Of a stretch of DNA of 64,000 nucleotides, positions 62,010 to 64,000 are shown piece by piece. How positions within the stretch are numbered: the stretch's first letter is position 1; each line of letters begins with the position of its first letter. Position numbers and translations under genes: made by a program. The stretch comes from an uncultured delta proteobacterium (lineage in GTDB: Bacteria; Desulfobacterota; Binatia; UBA9968), in NCBI GenBank assembly GCA_963728565.1, contig CAVSLC010000023.1:64001-128000 (forward strand), given 5' to 3'. Below the pieces are notes generated by a model. The model did no database searches, was not told the origin of the DNA, and was given only the letters and a program-made list of their open reading frames with translations.

Positions 62010-62594
62010 TCATCGACTACCTAGCAAGGCTTCCATCCTGTGGGCCCCCTGCTGCCGATCCGGAGTAGGAACTCTTTCTTGTGCGCTTATCAGACTACCG
62101 AATACGGCATCCGCCAACGGCAAAACAACATTGAGATTGCTTAGGTGTCGTTTGTGATGCATATGATGATGCGCGTCGAGCCAGCGAAACCACCGAGTCT
62201 GCTCGAGGCGCCGCCCCGTGGGAATGTGCATGCAGTAGTGCAGATACTCGTAAAGCGCATAATAAACCGCCATGGCCGCGCACGCGCCGGCGAGTATAGG
62301 GGCGCCAACAAGGCTTTGTATAAGAAGTATCGCAGGAAAGTGAAGAGCGATGATCAGCGGTGCGTTCCACCAGGCGAAGCGAACCTTCTTGAGATATTTC
62401 TTATCCGAAAGAAAGTAATCGCCACCTGTGCGGAAGAGACCATGGTGCACCAATGCGTGGGCACGAAATGGATATTTCCAGCGCGGCTGATGCATAAGAT
62501 ATTTATGTAAAGTCCATTCGAAAAAACTGCCATACACGAAAAAGGCGGCGAACGCGGCGAGTTCGCTGATGTAAAATGACATGATTTGTTTCAC
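62010..62594 (-). CDS. Fatty acid hydroxylase / sterol desaturase family membrane protein
   Basis: His boxes HKYLMH, HALVHH, HYCMH and HHHMHH; NLNVVLP..D..FG. Confidence 0.82.
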   Translation of the reverse strand: MKQIMSFYISELAAFAAFFVYGSFFEWTLHKYLMHQPRWKYPFRAHALVHHGLFRTGGDYFLSDKKYLKKVRFAWWNAPLIIALHFPAILLIQSLVGAPILAGACAAMAVYYALYEYLHYCMHIPTGRRLEQTRWFRWLDAHHHMHHKRHLSNLNVVLPLADAVFGSLISAQERVPTPDRQQGAHRMEALLGSR

Positions 62595-62859
62595 TCCCTG
62601 TATTACGATTGAGTAAACGGCTCTGCGAAGATTTTCGGTCTATTGGAAGGCTTATGACGCCAGTTGGCAAGGCGGAATGCAGATCTTGGCTATGTGAGTT
62701 CCTATTGAGCTCATGAAAACGTGCTTCACACTACGTGGTTTTGCTCGATTGGTCAATTAGAATGCTTTCAAAAGGCGCATTTTCAACAACTAAGCGCCGT
62801 TTACGCAGCGCAGAGATTGTGCTACTTTACCGACAACTTACAAGGGAGTGTCTTAGTTT

Positions 62860-63606
62860 ATGTCAGGCCATTCAAAATGGAGCACGATCAAGCACAAGAA
62901 AGCTGCAAAAGACGCGAAGAAAGGCAAGCTCTTCACCAAGCTGATCAAGGAGATTACGGTTGCGGCGCGAATGGGCGGTGGCGATATTAATGCGAATCCG
63001 CGCCTGCGCACTGCGGTACTCACGGCTCGGTCTGCAAGTATGCCCACCGAGAACATCGATCGGGCGATCAAAAAGGGAACCGGCGAGCTTGAAGGTGTCA
63101 CCTACGACGAGATTCAATACGAAGGATATGGGCCGGGTGGTGCAGCCATATTGGCGCATGTGCTGACGGATAACAAAAATCGCACCGTTTCGGAGATTCG
63201 TCGCCTGTTTACAAAACACGGCGGCAATATGGGCGAGGCCGGCTGCGTCGCCTGGATGTTCGACAAAAAGGGCCTGATCACGATTGAGAAAACTCAAGTT
63301 GATGAGGATCGGTTGATGTCAATTGTTCTTGATGCCGGGGCCGAGGATGTTAGGGATGAAGATGAAATTTTCGAAGTGATTACAACCGTCGAAGAGTTCG
63401 ACAAGGTCAAGGAACGGCTCGAGCTCGAGAAAGTCGCGATTGCCAGCGCGCAAATTACCATGGTGCCGAAGAACACTGTTGATGTCGACGAGAAGAACGT
63501 CGAACAGATTTTGAAGCTTACCGAGGAACTTGAAGATCATGACGATGTCCAGAGCGTTTCGGCTAACTTCAACATCCCGAGTGAGTTAATGGAGAAGGCT
63601 AGTTGA
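62860..63606 (+). CDS. yebC: YebC/PmpR family protein
   Basis: [30 protein letters not shown] and LEDHDDVQ. Confidence 0.96.
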   Translation: MSGHSKWSTIKHKKAAKDAKKGKLFTKLIKEITVAARMGGGDINANPRLRTAVLTARSASMPTENIDRAIKKGTGELEGVTYDEIQYEGYGPGGAAILAHVLTDNKNRTVSEIRRLFTKHGGNMGEAGCVAWMFDKKGLITIEKTQVDEDRLMSIVLDAGAEDVRDEDEIFEVITTVEEFDKVKERLELEKVAIASAQITMVPKNTVDVDEKNVEQILKLTEELEDHDDVQSVSANFNIPSELMEKAS

Positions 63607-64000
63607 GCTGGGCTTCGCCTGTCCGGCGCAGAGCTGATGCACAGCCGCTGGCGCGCAGGGTTCTCGGTATCGATCCCGGTTCGGCAATCACCGGGTGGGG
63701 GGTCGTTGAGGCGGACAGGCACTTCATTGATCCATCTGGCGCATGGCACGGTGATTACGGCGGGCACTCAGGGGCAGGCGGCTCGGCTGGAGCGCATTTA
63801 CCGCGGCCTTGAGGAAGTGATCGATTCCTATAATCCGGATGGTGTTTGCGTCGAGCGGATTTTTTTCGCCCGAAACGCGCAGAGCGCGCTTAAGCTCGGT
63901 CAGGCGCGCGGCGTAGCCATTCTTGCCGCCGCGCGACGGAGCTTGGCAGTTCATGAGTATGCCGCCGTTGAGATCAAGGCCGCGGTGGTAGGCTACGGCC
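63603..64000 (+). CDS. ruvC: Holliday junction resolvase RuvC (partial, frameshift ~63722, runs off the window)
   Basis: [16 protein letters not shown], then in the shifted frame RLERIY...[20 protein letters not shown]...[10 protein letters not shown]; follows yebC. Confidence 0.9.

Overview
Bacterial chromosomal window with moderately high GC and no rRNA, tRNA, CRISPR array, prophage or intact transposase that I can see. The many orphan NMT1/SsuA-type and Bug/TctC solute-binding proteins and the xanthine-dehydrogenase-family operon suggest a Deltaproteobacteria-like or Candidatus Binatia-like organism (inference only). About ten genes, including trpE and ruvC, are split by single-base frameshifts, most likely long-read assembly errors. 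Housekeeping genes include trpE-trpG with a complete leader-peptide attenuator, tldD-pmbA, acnA, rlpA and yebC-ruvC. The most striking region is 26.7-37.6 kb: a small unknown protein, three RoxA-like di-heme c proteins with export signals, a GMC flavin oxidoreductase and a convergent secreted plant-type alpha-dioxygenase-like heme enzyme. Together they may form an uncharacterised extracytoplasmic lipid-oxidation system. Other oddities are a divergent archaeal-type (class II) GAPDH homolog, a free-standing archaeal-type ThrRS editing domain behind trpG, an AT-hook/winged-helix orphan protein, a Cys-less HMA protein, a mosaic tandem duplication of exported methyltransferases and GTTCAA/TTGAAC intergenic palindromic repeats.
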